The notes beneath the pieces were generated by a model. That model saw only the letters and a program-made list of their open reading frames with translations, searched no databases and was not told the origin of the DNA. Positions 54,978-64,000 of a DNA stretch of 64,000 nucleotides are shown piece after piece (the first letter of the stretch is position 1; every line of letters starts with the position of its first letter). The stretch spans positions 186,001-250,000 of the IMG/VR virus record IMGVR_UViG_3300045974_000132, one strand, 5' to 3'. The position numbers were made by a program, and so were the translations under genes.

Positions 54978-55280
54978 ATGGCTACCTTAAAGCAATTGCG
55001 TGAGTTATCCGCAAAAGCTCTTGCAAAGCATCACAGTTATGAGCGCCGTATTAAAGCGCTCCTTGAAAAACGAAAAGAAACATGCCCTCACATCAAGACG
55101 CGCGTTGTTCGCCAAGACTATATGGAAGAAGGGCGTATGCGATCTCCTATAGAATGGGAAGAGCTTTTATGTTGTCGGTGTAAGAAGGTCCTTGCTACGC
55201 GCGGTGACAATGTAGTAAAAAGCGAATGGCAAGCTAAAGAAGGTATCAATCTTGAAGCCGTTCTAGTAAAGGGGACTTAG
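54978..55280 (+). CDS. hypothetical protein with CPH/CxxC
   Basis: GAGG RBS. Confidence 0.65.
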   Translation: MATLKQLRELSAKALAKHHSYERRIKALLEKRKETCPHIKTRVVRQDYMEEGRMRSPIEWEELLCCRCKKVLATRGDNVVKSEWQAKEGINLEAVLVKGT

Positions 55281-55286
55281 CAAATT

Positions 55287-55433
55287 ATGAATAGTTTTTT
55301 GCGGTATCTTGTGTTGTACATCCTGTTAGCTGTGTATGGTGTTTACATAGGGGCTGAGATTTCTACTCTGATCCTCTCTTCCGTTGCACTAACAATTTTA
55401 ATGGGTATGGCTCCTTCGAGCTTATCTATCTAG
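55287..55433 (+). CDS. small membrane protein (48 aa)
   Basis: hydrophobic; fills the gap. Confidence 0.45.
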   Translation: MNSFLRYLVLYILLAVYGVYIGAEISTLILSSVALTILMGMAPSSLSI

Positions 55434-55442
55434 GGAGCAGTA

Positions 55443-55922
55443 ATGATTTCGTTTTTCTTCTTTACTAAGAAAGCTGTTTACAAGCGGCAGCTTCTTCGCA
55501 TTGATGTTGAAACCTCTTATCACAGTTTGAAAGATGCAAGCAAGCGCGTGTGCCCTGAAGTTCTTTTGTTTGCAGCAGCTGGCATATATGACCACGATGA
55601 AAAGCGGTGGCCTAAGTTCAACTACGATGCGTTGCCTAATCCCAGACTTACTGAATCTGAAACACAAACGATTCTACCGGATGAAGTAAAGGTTGAAGTC
55701 GATCATACCTTCTTCAACATGATGGGTTTATGTTGGCACATCATTTCAGATGATCGCTTTCATCTTGACTTCCGAAACTGCTGCTCTAGGTTTTGTGAGT
55801 TCAATGCTTCATTGAAGATGGGCCAGTCTGCGGAGTGTGAGGCCCTGAAAGAGTTTTTGAAGAGCAGGTGTCATGGACAACTCCATGAAGAGTCTCTTGC
55901 TTATACGTATTTTCCGTTGTAG
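55443..55922 (+). CDS. hypothetical protein
   Basis: GGGAG RBS. Confidence 0.6.
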   Translation: MISFFFFTKKAVYKRQLLRIDVETSYHSLKDASKRVCPEVLLFAAAGIYDHDEKRWPKFNYDALPNPRLTESETQTILPDEVKVEVDHTFFNMMGLCWHIISDDRFHLDFRNCCSRFCEFNASLKMGQSAECEALKEFLKSRCHGQLHEESLAYTYFPL

Positions 55923-55943
55923 TTCAAAACCTGTAGTCAAATC

Positions 55944-56762
55944 GTGAGGGTAGCTAAAATGAGTTCAGTAGTTAATATAAATAGCGTCGCTGCTAAAGAT
56001 GATCGGGTTCATATTGTCTGGAACCATCCCGAGAAGCTTAGTATCACTAGGACATTCATGCGACTGTACGGAAAGACGCTCAAGGGTATTGTTGTTTCCC
56101 AAGCACTGCGCGTTGTTCAGGATACGTGTGTTGCTGAAAATACGCTGGCAGCACATCGTGTTCGTACAAGTATCCCAGGTGCAGCATCCTTTCCGTGGTT
56201 TGATAAATACGTCAAACTGGTTGAAGCTGAACAGCGGTCTGCTATCAAGCATCAAAATGCTGAAGAAGAAGACGCTCCGATGGAAGACATTGCAGAAGAA
56301 GAGGATGAGACGGGCGCTCCTCCTTATCAGCGAACTCTTGAAATCTTTCCTCGTCCCAAGATTCGCAACTTTGAACCTGCTTCTTATTCCAGCGTGAATG
56401 AATTCTATGAACGGAACGTTGAGTTCATTCAAGATAACGCAGGCCGTTTTACTATCGAACAAGCTTCCAGCATCGTTAAGCTACTGACGGGCAGCTTCGG
56501 TGCTTCGATACTTGGTAAGAAGTCTGGCCCTATAGTCGCACTGGTTAGCAATAACAGTTACTTCCAATTCCTGGCAGACAGTAGCGAACAGTCTTGCAAA
56601 CACATCGTTGTTGTTTCGGTTGAAGACATTAAGCACAACAAGGATGTACTCAGCGAAGCTTCTGAAATCTTTTCTATCGAAAATGAAGGCCGTCAATTTG
56701 ACTTTGACGTTACCCGTATTACTTTCGGTGGCTTCGTTAAGTTTCTAAAAGAAGGATGCTAA
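55944..56762 (+). CDS. hypothetical protein
   Basis: about 270 aa, two domains with an acidic linker. Confidence 0.65.
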   Translation: MRVAKMSSVVNINSVAAKDDRVHIVWNHPEKLSITRTFMRLYGKTLKGIVVSQALRVVQDTCVAENTLAAHRVRTSIPGAASFPWFDKYVKLVEAEQRSAIKHQNAEEEDAPMEDIAEEEDETGAPPYQRTLEIFPRPKIRNFEPASYSSVNEFYERNVEFIQDNAGRFTIEQASSIVKLLTGSFGASILGKKSGPIVALVSNNSYFQFLADSSEQSCKHIVVVSVEDIKHNKDVLSEASEIFSIENEGRQFDFDVTRITFGGFVKFLKEGC

Positions 56763-57145
56763 CACGAAACCTATACAACGCCGTTATCAATATTAAGATA
56801 ACGGCGTTGTCAAAGAACTACGATGCAGCCCGTAGTCTAGTTCGTAAGGTTGCAAGCAAAATTCGTGAGCAGAGTAGGAAGACAAAAAGAGGATTTGGAA
56901 TTCCAAACTTCAGCCTCTCTTGTGCAATCTCTTCACTTCGTAAAGCAGAAAACTACGAAGGCCAGTATGATGCAAACTTGGTAGTAACTATATTGGTTGA
57001 AGAGGCGACTATTCACAAAGCAGAACTCTTTACAGGCTCTTCTTCAAAGCGTATTAAAGAGGAAGCAAGGAAGCACAAAAAAGAACTTGGGTTTACTCTG
57101 GTTTGTAAAGTCGCCAGCGTAAGTCATATAAAACGTTTGATCTAA
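56756..57145 (+). CDS. hypothetical protein
   Basis: packed. Confidence 0.55.
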   Translation: MLTRNLYNAVINIKITALSKNYDAARSLVRKVASKIREQSRKTKRGFGIPNFSLSCAISSLRKAENYEGQYDANLVVTILVEEATIHKAELFTGSSSKRIKEEARKHKKELGFTLVCKVASVSHIKRLI

Positions 57146-57148
57146 AGG

Positions 57149-58051
57149 GTGGGTGAAATGTCTTCAATAGATGGTTCAAAAGTTTTTGAAACACGTTGGA
57201 ACTGCAATGCGCTGTACGGAAAGTTTACTGGGCGCTTCTTGCTCCCTTTGCTTGATAGCACCCTTCTTGGCAACCTTCTGTGCGTCAAGGAAGACGTTTA
57301 TGACTTTTACAATTTCTTTCCGCAAATTGCTAATCGTTTTCCTGAACCGTATCGGGATAAGATGGTCGCTGTGAAATATGGTTATGCTCCTGCTACTAAA
57401 GCAAACCTATTTACACTGCTGAAGCAATCAATCGAACTGGCCGCACTTTTTGATCTGCCCTTGTCTGTTGATGCTTTGAAGCAAGAAATACGAACTGCGA
57501 TCTTGGGTAAGAATGTGTATGTTCGGTATATCAATGTGTATAAGACTTCAGGAAGATGTGAAGCAACCCTTGTTCATCCGAAGCAGCTTGCCCGAGAGGC
57601 GCGTGAAGAAGCCGAGACTCTACGTCGGAATAAAAGCATAACTGTTCATCTGTGCGATGACACTGTTCCTATTAAAGCACCTGTTGTGAAGCCTGATCCC
57701 GTTGTTGCTGCGGTAGTACCACCGAAAGTTGTTGAAGCTAAGCCTGAACCCAAAGCTGAGCCTGCTATTGCTGCTGAACCAGAAGATGAAGAGTACGCTC
57801 ATATAAATACGAACTTGCCTTCGGTGTGCGGCTTCCCAGAAGCGGGTATGTCTGAAACGTTTTGCTTCTGCGGTGTTCCTGAATACGAGTATCAAGATCC
57901 GTATGACACGTTTGATACTGAGTTGCACAGCATACTTAGGCATATGCCTAAAGCAGGTTTGTTCTCGCGTACTTACTTATTAGGTGACGGTAAAGATTAC
58001 ATTCAACTGCCTGTTGTGTCTACCGTTGATCGTGATTGGTTGAAACATTGA
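57149..58051 (+). CDS. hypothetical protein with a Pro/Ala/Glu linker
   Basis: 300 aa ORF. Confidence 0.65.
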   Translation: MGEMSSIDGSKVFETRWNCNALYGKFTGRFLLPLLDSTLLGNLLCVKEDVYDFYNFFPQIANRFPEPYRDKMVAVKYGYAPATKANLFTLLKQSIELAALFDLPLSVDALKQEIRTAILGKNVYVRYINVYKTSGRCEATLVHPKQLAREAREEAETLRRNKSITVHLCDDTVPIKAPVVKPDPVVAAVVPPKVVEAKPEPKAEPAIAAEPEDEEYAHINTNLPSVCGFPEAGMSETFCFCGVPEYEYQDPYDTFDTELHSILRHMPKAGLFSRTYLLGDGKDYIQLPVVSTVDRDWLKH

Positions 58052-58067
58052 TAACGCGGGGAATGAA

Positions 58068-58382
58068 ATGCCTATCAATAAACTCAAAGGTGCTTCACAG
58101 ATGGTTGCGAACATGCTCAAGCGTGACAACACGCCTGTTCGTACAGAAGCTGTTGAGGAACTCCTGAATGTTGTCGCTGATGTTGAGTCGGGTTATGCTA
58201 AAAGCCGTGAACGTGCTTTGACTCAAGCGCGTAAGGCCGATGAACTTTCTGACATGCTTGAGAAGGTAACTAAGCTGTGGGAAGATCGCTTTCAAGCAGC
58301 TGGGTTGGAAGGCGTTACTTTTCATCCTGACATTGTTGCATGTGTCAAGGACTCACGCTCTCTTTTGAATCGAAAGGGTTGA
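58068..58382 (+). CDS. hypothetical protein
   Basis: GGGG RBS. Confidence 0.6.
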   Translation: MPINKLKGASQMVANMLKRDNTPVRTEAVEELLNVVADVESGYAKSRERALTQARKADELSDMLEKVTKLWEDRFQAAGLEGVTFHPDIVACVKDSRSLLNRKG

Positions 58383-58384
58383 AA

Positions 58385-58798
58385 ATGGATTTGTTTCTTT
58401 TAGTAAATGACCATGAGAAGAAGTATGCTTTTGCTCCTGCTCATTCTCAATTCAATCTGGGTGATACGTGGGTACCTACTTGGATTTCTGATTGCGCTGA
58501 CTACGCAGGTACTTACTTACTTCCTTGTAAGGATATGCGCGATGAAGTACAACATTATGTAGCACCTGACTACGCAGAAGTACCGTTTCAAGAATTGGTT
58601 CCTACAATCGGTTGGGTGCTTCGTTCTGACTATCGTGTGTTCCTCAAGTTGTACAAAGAAACGTATGCTGCTACCCAACGTCGCGGTCAAGCTTTTCTGA
58701 ATCACTTCAATGATCGCTTCCCTGATCCTTGGCCTGAACTCTTCTACTGCGAAGATGACAACAAGGTGATGGCAATGCTTAACGATAAGGTGTTCTAA
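58385..58798 (+). CDS. hypothetical protein (probable start MDLF)
   Basis: QRRGQAF...PELFY phage-type motif. Confidence 0.6.
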   Translation: MDLFLLVNDHEKKYAFAPAHSQFNLGDTWVPTWISDCADYAGTYLLPCKDMRDEVQHYVAPDYAEVPFQELVPTIGWVLRSDYRVFLKLYKETYAATQRRGQAFLNHFNDRFPDPWPELFYCEDDNKVMAMLNDKVF

Positions 58799-58799
58799 C

Positions 58800-59027
58800 A
58801 TGGCACGCATTAAACTTGTGAAACTCGACATCCCTTACACTGTGCGCGAGACTACCGAAAAGAATTATACGGTGCAGCAAGCTCTTGAAGCTGCCAGTGT
58901 TCGTGTTAATGGCCGGCCGATTTGCCTTGATGCAATTAGACGCCGTAGTCGTGATGAAAAGATCACGCTGGTCGAGTTGAACGAAATCGCTGATTCTGTT
59001 GTTGACGATACTCATTACTACGGGTGA
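58800..59027 (+). CDS. hypothetical protein
   Basis: AAGG RBS. Confidence 0.55.
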   Translation: MARIKLVKLDIPYTVRETTEKNYTVQQALEAASVRVNGRPICLDAIRRRSRDEKITLVELNEIADSVVDDTHYYG

Positions 59028-59031
59028 CACT

Positions 59032-59379
59032 ATGTTTGCAAACCAGTTTGTTTCACTTACGAATGGGTTTACTGATCGACAACGAATTGCCGCCGAGCTA
59101 CTAATTATCGGTGTAGCTTTTCAAAGAACCAATACAACTTGGCAAGTTATTTCAATCGAAGGTGACGATCTAGGTGTTATAAGCACCTTCGTTGTTTCTG
59201 AAACAGCTTGTATGTTAAAGAAATGCGGTTTGAAGTCTAATGCCGCTAAGAAATTTTATATGGGCATGGACAAGCCTTATATAACTTTTGCTCACGATGA
59301 CAAGCTTTCTAGTATTCCTGATGAAGTAGTTCGTGAAATGCTTGATCGTCGCTTTCGCAACCCTGTTACCTTAATGTGA
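59032..59379 (+). CDS. hypothetical protein (probable start MFAN)
   Basis: packed. Confidence 0.55.
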   Translation: MFANQFVSLTNGFTDRQRIAAELLIIGVAFQRTNTTWQVISIEGDDLGVISTFVVSETACMLKKCGLKSNAAKKFYMGMDKPYITFAHDDKLSSIPDEVVREMLDRRFRNPVTLM

Positions 59380-59963
59380 GGTTGGTCATGTACTCCTTCT
59401 CTAAGTTGTTAAATACGTTCCGTGTAGGTACTGCTGTGTGGTGCAGCAACAATGCAACGGTGTCTCGTTTGCTAGCCTGTGTAGCATTCAATCTTGCAAC
59501 TGGCCGCTCTAACGAAAATCAAAATGTGGCTTACACCTACTCGATGTTTAGCCGTAACACTGATTGTATGAAGTACATATTGGAAGGCTTGCAGTATCCG
59601 GAGTTCTACGAAGACGCAATGCGTATCTTGATTGAAGATTCTGAAAAAGGGATTATCTGGAAACGTGAACTCCATCATGCTTTCAATTACTTTTCGATCT
59701 ACTATGATCGACAGAGTAAATACACATGCCAGTCCATCAGTATTGACTTCAATCAGTCTGGCCCTCGGGTGTTTCTCCGTGAGAAAAAGATGCTTCGCTA
59801 TTTCGAGGAATGTTGTCGTCTCCATGCTCAAGGTATGATTGAAAACATCATTTACTTTGACACTGAAATGGATGAACTTGATTCAGCCCTAGACAGTATC
59901 TGCCTTGATGATCGTGAGTCAGACTATGATGAAGACCCTCACTACAACGGCTACCAAGATTAA
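59376..59963 (+). CDS. hypothetical protein
   Basis: packed; acidic tail. Confidence 0.6.
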   Translation: MRLVMYSFSKLLNTFRVGTAVWCSNNATVSRLLACVAFNLATGRSNENQNVAYTYSMFSRNTDCMKYILEGLQYPEFYEDAMRILIEDSEKGIIWKRELHHAFNYFSIYYDRQSKYTCQSISIDFNQSGPRVFLREKKMLRYFEECCRLHAQGMIENIIYFDTEMDELDSALDSICLDDRESDYDEDPHYNGYQD

Positions 59964-59971
59964 GGACTAGC

Positions 59972-60181
59972 ATGTTCGATCTATTAATGTATGCGCTCAT
60001 AGTATTTGCTATGTCCTTCATAAGTGACCAGATAATTGAAGCTCCTCACTTTGAAATAGCTGTCCTAAATTGCAAAGATCATGGCAGCTTAAAGTCACTT
60101 GAAGCTAGTTCCTACTTCGGCAAGAAAGCTTTTACTGCTCATTGTACTGACGGTACTAGCATTACGGAGAAAACAAAATGA
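59972..60181 (+). CDS. small membrane-anchored protein
   Basis: N-terminal TM; AAGGA RBS. Confidence 0.6.
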   Translation: MFDLLMYALIVFAMSFISDQIIEAPHFEIAVLNCKDHGSLKSLEASSYFGKKAFTAHCTDGTSITEKTK

Positions 60182-60399
60182 AAGTAGGCGTCGTTACACG
60201 TAGGCTGGTTCTAAGTCCAAATCTTCACTACGATCCGGTTGTCAGTGCTGTGTTCGAGGATCCAAATGATCCCGAGATTGATGACTTGGAACATTACTTC
60301 AAGTCTCGCATGGACGATCATGCTAAGGAATTCGCAGCAAAGTTTGTTGAGTTCAAGGATGCTGAATGGCATCTTACTGTGATGGACACTTTGAAATGA
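60178..60399 (+). CDS. hypothetical protein
   Basis: ATGA overlap. Confidence 0.6.
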   Translation: MKVGVVTRRLVLSPNLHYDPVVSAVFEDPNDPEIDDLEHYFKSRMDDHAKEFAAKFVEFKDAEWHLTVMDTLK

Positions 60400-60456
60400 A
60401 AGTAAATGTGTATGAGGCTATTCGGCCTCTACTAGATTAACTAAGTAGCAAAACGT

Positions 60457-61044
60457 TTGGAGACTGCAATGCTCAAATTGCCAGATTTTATTCCCTTCCC
60501 CAAAGATGCAAAGGTGCGATTTCTTGATGTACCCGAGATACCACAATTCAATATCCGTCCAGACCCAGAAGTTGCATCGCGCTTGGGCCTAGGTACCGAC
60601 GCCCATTTTGATTACATCAAGCGTAATGCTTGCGAAGCGTGGGAGTCTTTAGCGGACTTGCACGTAAAAGTCTTGAACTGTGAGACTGTACCTGTTAGAG
60701 GGCGCCACTCGCATTCTGAAAACGAAACGGACGCAGAACAACGGGCTCACTGTATGGGTTGTATCATTGAAAAGAAGCAAGCTGAAGGGCGTCCCGTTGT
60801 TCGCGTCCAGGTTATGGCACTTCGTGATGTGCAACCTGTCGAGCTTGTTGAAACACCTGTTGTTCCTCAGCAGCACAAAAAGAAACGCTGGATGTCCGAA
60901 ACGTATCACAGACGAACGCAAAAGAAATGGAACAAGAAGGTTGCGGGTTTGACTGAGCTTCGGCCTAAGCAGGAGACAGTTATGATTTCAATGTCTCAGG
61001 CAGCGTTCAAAGCAATCTCCAATAAATTTGCAGGACAATACTAA
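60457..61044 (+). CDS. hypothetical protein
   Basis: 195 aa ORF. Confidence 0.6.
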   Translation: METAMLKLPDFIPFPKDAKVRFLDVPEIPQFNIRPDPEVASRLGLGTDAHFDYIKRNACEAWESLADLHVKVLNCETVPVRGRHSHSENETDAEQRAHCMGCIIEKKQAEGRPVVRVQVMALRDVQPVELVETPVVPQQHKKKRWMSETYHRRTQKKWNKKVAGLTELRPKQETVMISMSQAAFKAISNKFAGQY

Positions 61045-61045
61045 A

Positions 61046-61276
61046 ATGGCAACAATCGAAATCAACGACATGTCTGCTATGTCAATGGCCGCTCAGGTGT
61101 TTACTGAACTCAGCGATGAACAGTATGCAAAGCTGTACAACCGAATTGTTCGTGAAGGCAAGTATCGTCGCAATCTCGATTTTGAAGCGTTGGTTAAAAA
61201 GACTCAACGCTCTTGGGGAGCAGAACCTGTGAAGCATTCAAAATCAGTGGATGCAGACGAAACTATGGGGCTTTAA
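61046..61276 (+). CDS. hypothetical protein (probable start MATIE)
   Basis: AGGA RBS. Confidence 0.55.
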   Translation: MATIEINDMSAMSMAAQVFTELSDEQYAKLYNRIVREGKYRRNLDFEALVKKTQRSWGAEPVKHSKSVDADETMGL

Positions 61277-61277
61277 C

Positions 61278-61508
61278 ATGGCTGATTCAAAATGTATTCT
61301 GCCCCACAAGGATGTTCATATAACGACATTCATTGCCAACAACTTTTCTAACAGCGGTCTTATGCACAAGCCTGTTGTCGAGCTAGGCTTCACAAAGATG
61401 ACAGATGGTACTTTCTGGTCAAGCTTGCAGTTAAATTCCAGGAAGGATGCTTTGACTCTTGCTAATGCAATCCTCGAAGCTGCTGAATTTTTACCGGAGA
61501 ATTCATAA
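61278..61508 (+). CDS. hypothetical protein (probable start MADSK)
   Basis: GGGG RBS. Confidence 0.55.
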   Translation: MADSKCILPHKDVHITTFIANNFSNSGLMHKPVVELGFTKMTDGTFWSSLQLNSRKDALTLANAILEAAEFLPENS

Positions 61509-62059
61509 TGACGAAATTCAAACGAATCAAAGCAGGTGAACTTGCGGCCATCTTGTTGCAGAACCCTGAGCAGTATGTAGTGGTCGAAGATCAAGAGTGC
61601 TGCCTTGTAGCTCATGATAGTATTGCTGTTACACAAGTAAACCATGAGCACCTAGGCCCTTGCGTGAATCTTATTGTTCTTCCACCGGCCGAACGCAAAC
61701 CAAACTTTCAGTACCGTGCAGAAGAAGCTACACCTAAAGCTCAGTGCCTCAGTTTCACCGCCGGCGATGACAGTGAAAAGATTTTGACGCCGTACAAGTA
61801 TCGCAGCCTACCTTGCACTAACTCAACGCATTCAGTTTGCGGTACTGACAAGCTAAGCGGCCAAGGGGTTCTTGAATGGTGCAGCACTCTTTTAGATGCT
61901 CAGATAATGTTTGACAGAATGTCTGAGTATGCTCAGTTTGAAAATCTTACAATTCGCTGTAATCTGGATACCAACATGGACGAAGAAGTCAAACAACAAC
62001 CCGTACCTCCAGGCCATCATGTACGCTTAAGGTGGTCATCACTGGGTGCAGGAAGTTGA
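61508..62059 (+). CDS. hypothetical protein
   Basis: TAATG coupling. Confidence 0.6.
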   Translation: MTKFKRIKAGELAAILLQNPEQYVVVEDQECCLVAHDSIAVTQVNHEHLGPCVNLIVLPPAERKPNFQYRAEEATPKAQCLSFTAGDDSEKILTPYKYRSLPCTNSTHSVCGTDKLSGQGVLEWCSTLLDAQIMFDRMSEYAQFENLTIRCNLDTNMDEEVKQQPVPPGHHVRLRWSSLGAGS

Positions 62060-62351
62060 TTTCGATGGGCGTCTCGGTGAGACAATCGTTCTTCAGTGGG
62101 CTCCCGGTGTAAAGCGTTGGGTGCATTCTGGTAATCTTGCTACAGGCACTTACGTGAATATCGAAGGCTGGAAGTATGTTGCTGCGTGTCCTATGCCTCC
62201 CTTCGAGAAAGCAGAAGACCTGACTATCGAGGAGCTTTCAAGCATTGCTTTTACGGTGGGTGTTGAAGAACATGGCCCACTGACAAGGAACTGGAGCTTT
62301 GAACAAAAGCAGCTTCTTGCATTCGTCAAAGCTTTGACCAATCATGCCTAA
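62046..62351 (+). CDS. hypothetical protein
   Basis: packed. Confidence 0.5.
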   Translation: MQEVDFDGRLGETIVLQWAPGVKRWVHSGNLATGTYVNIEGWKYVAACPMPPFEKAEDLTIEELSSIAFTVGVEEHGPLTRNWSFEQKQLLAFVKALTNHA

Positions 62352-62556
62352 CTGCGACAACTGCGGGAGACCACATACGCGGAAACGGTTTTGCAGCAAC
62401 AAGTGTAAAGATATTTATCACAATCGAAACAATCCTCGCGGTCTTGCTTTACAAAGAAACGATGAAGGTGAGAGTATCGAGCATGATGAACACACTGCTG
62501 CAATGGACGGGGCAACGACTGGTTGGGATGAAGGTGGCTGGTTGGGGGACGATTAA
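62344..62556 (+). CDS. small Zn-finger protein
   Basis: CDNC...FCSNKC. Confidence 0.6.
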   Translation: MPNCDNCGRPHTRKRFCSNKCKDIYHNRNNPRGLALQRNDEGESIEHDEHTAAMDGATTGWDEGGWLGDD

Positions 62557-62748
62557 GTCTGAGGAGTAACTGTGTTTAAAGTACATATAAAATATACGGA
62601 CGCTAAAGGTAACATTCATTACTGCCCGTATGAAATTAGCGCAAAAACTCGGGAAGAAGCTGGAACAAAAGCTTTGGCAGCAGCTTCAAGAAATCGTCAG
62701 ACCAATGCTTCTGTCCATTCGACTCGACAATTGTAGTAGGAGAAAATC

Positions 62749-62958
62749 GTGAACATGATTACGAAAGAAGAGGTAGAAGTGAAACGCTACAAGAACTCTG
62801 AAAAGGTTCCTGAGGTCGATGACGTAGTTGATACGGGCTATGAAAAGCAAGTAGTTGGACAACTCGGTGGCTGCATGACGATGTTTCAGAATTGCACGTT
62901 CGGTAGCACGTTCGTTCTGACGCATCCCGAAGAATGTACTTTGGTCAAAGGAGCCTAA
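62749..62958 (+). CDS. hypothetical protein
   Basis: AGGAG RBS. Confidence 0.55.
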   Translation: MNMITKEEVEVKRYKNSEKVPEVDDVVDTGYEKQVVGQLGGCMTMFQNCTFGSTFVLTHPEECTLVKGA

Positions 62959-62959
62959 C

Positions 62960-63391
62960 ATGGCTACGGTTAAGAAACCAATTAAAGAGCCTAGCATTCG
63001 CAATGCTGGCTACACGCTTACTTACAAGCAAATCGCTTTTGAAGATACGCGCTGCCACTTTCTAACTTCCAACTCTACAGAGGTTGCGCGTTTCAAGAAG
63101 GGTCAGTTCAGTATTGAATTCCTGACCGCTTTTACGTCTGCTCAATTGAAAGACTATGCAAAGCTTGTTGAGGCTTACGACAAGTGGCTTGATACTCAAC
63201 CGAAGTATTCTCTTTCAAAGAAAGCTGCTACGATGGTCGATAATGTCATCAAGGCGGCACGGGATCAGGCGTGGGCTGAAGAATCAAGCGGCGCTTCTGC
63301 TGTAGATAAAGCTGACAAGAAGTTGCAGTTTGTTTCTGTCTTACTTCATACCTATATCGCCGAACTGGAGCAGCGTCCATCATGTACGTAA
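62960..63391 (+). CDS. hypothetical protein
   Basis: AAGGAG RBS. Confidence 0.6.
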   Translation: MATVKKPIKEPSIRNAGYTLTYKQIAFEDTRCHFLTSNSTEVARFKKGQFSIEFLTAFTSAQLKDYAKLVEAYDKWLDTQPKYSLSKKAATMVDNVIKAARDQAWAEESSGASAVDKADKKLQFVSVLLHTYIAELEQRPSCT

Positions 63392-63717
63392 CTATTAATC
63401 AAGCTGTAAATTTCTGGCATGAACTTGTCGGGTGTTATTATTCAGACAACGGATTCGGCGGTGACACTGCTGAAATCTATATCCATACGATGATGGAGCA
63501 CAGTAATAGCTACGCTCAAAAGATGGAAGGTAACTCTTCAGAAGAAGCTCGACGTAATGCTTGCCAAGCGATGTACAATCTGTGCAAGAAGTTTGAAGCA
63601 CTGTACAACTGCAAGGTAGAGTTTGCAGACGGGGCTTCTATTGAAGTTTTGAATCAGCAGCCCTTGTCGTGGCGCATACACCTTAAAGTAGTTCGTGGAG
63701 ACCAAAATGGCTCATGA
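63382..63717 (+). CDS. hypothetical protein
   Basis: GGAG RBS. Confidence 0.6.
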   Translation: MYVTINQAVNFWHELVGCYYSDNGFGGDTAEIYIHTMMEHSNSYAQKMEGNSSEEARRNACQAMYNLCKKFEALYNCKVEFADGASIEVLNQQPLSWRIHLKVVRGDQNGS

Positions 63718-63910
63718 GAAACTTAAAGAGATTTACAAACAAGCTCGGTGCTTACGAATGTCGACCAATGACTTCGCATTGGAAGACTGGGAAATAAAAT
63801 TCGCAGAAGCGATTGTACGTGATTGTGCTACCCTCGTAAATAAAAATGACTTTGAAGGTAGCAAGCTCGGTGACTCACTTCTTTTTGAACACTTTGGACT
63901 CGGGAAATAA
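63707..63910 (+). CDS. hypothetical protein (probable start MAHEK)
   Basis: IKFAEAIVRDC phage-type motif. Confidence 0.55.
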   Translation: MAHEKLKEIYKQARCLRMSTNDFALEDWEIKFAEAIVRDCATLVNKNDFEGSKLGDSLLFEHFGLGK

Positions 63911-64000
63911 AATGCCGCTGGCTAAGAAAGAAGTCTATATTGGGTATTGGAATAACAGCCATAATCAATACCCTCAGTTCGGGATGCCTGTCGATGTGGG

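Noticed and set aside
1-64000. Stop-codon reassignment
   Set aside because: Conserved genes are full length in the standard code; TAA, TAG and TGA all end genes with tight packing
1-64000. tRNA or rRNA genes
   Set aside because: No cloverleaf or T-loop consensus seen by eye in intergenic space; tRNAscan-SE would be definitive

Overview
This 64 kb window comes from a large (probably jumbo) lytic dsDNA phage, likely infecting Proteobacteria, and uses the standard genetic code. All family assignments are from recognised motifs; no searches were run. Layout: (1) 1-7.7 kb, small early-type genes on the minus strand driven by a perfect sigma70 promoter, including an HNH endonuclease and an RNAP alpha-CTD-like protein. 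(2) 7.9-23.8 kb, minus strand: MoxR/VWA pair, RecA, SSB-like protein, phage sigma factor, a TGT/QueD/glycosyltransferase/UDP-xylose-synthase operon and a Cas4-like nuclease. (3) 23.8-54.4 kb, mostly plus strand: primase, dCTP deaminase, class II RNR, SbcD and SbcC, SLT, thymidylate synthase, several nucleotide hydrolases and a clamp loader, interrupted by a structured ~850 bp non-coding island at 32.3-33.2 kb. (4) 54.4-64 kb, small early-type genes behind a second near-identical sigma70 promoter. Most notable: a candidate sugar-decorated 7-deazaguanine modification pathway; apparent repurposed virion-protein fragments outside any structural module (a Tat-signal, circularly permuted tail-sheath protein, a second sheath-like fragment and two capsid-like paralogues); the non-coding island; a recurring CTGTAAA upstream motif; and charge-block disordered tails on SSB and RecA. 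No tRNA, rRNA or CRISPR array was recognised.
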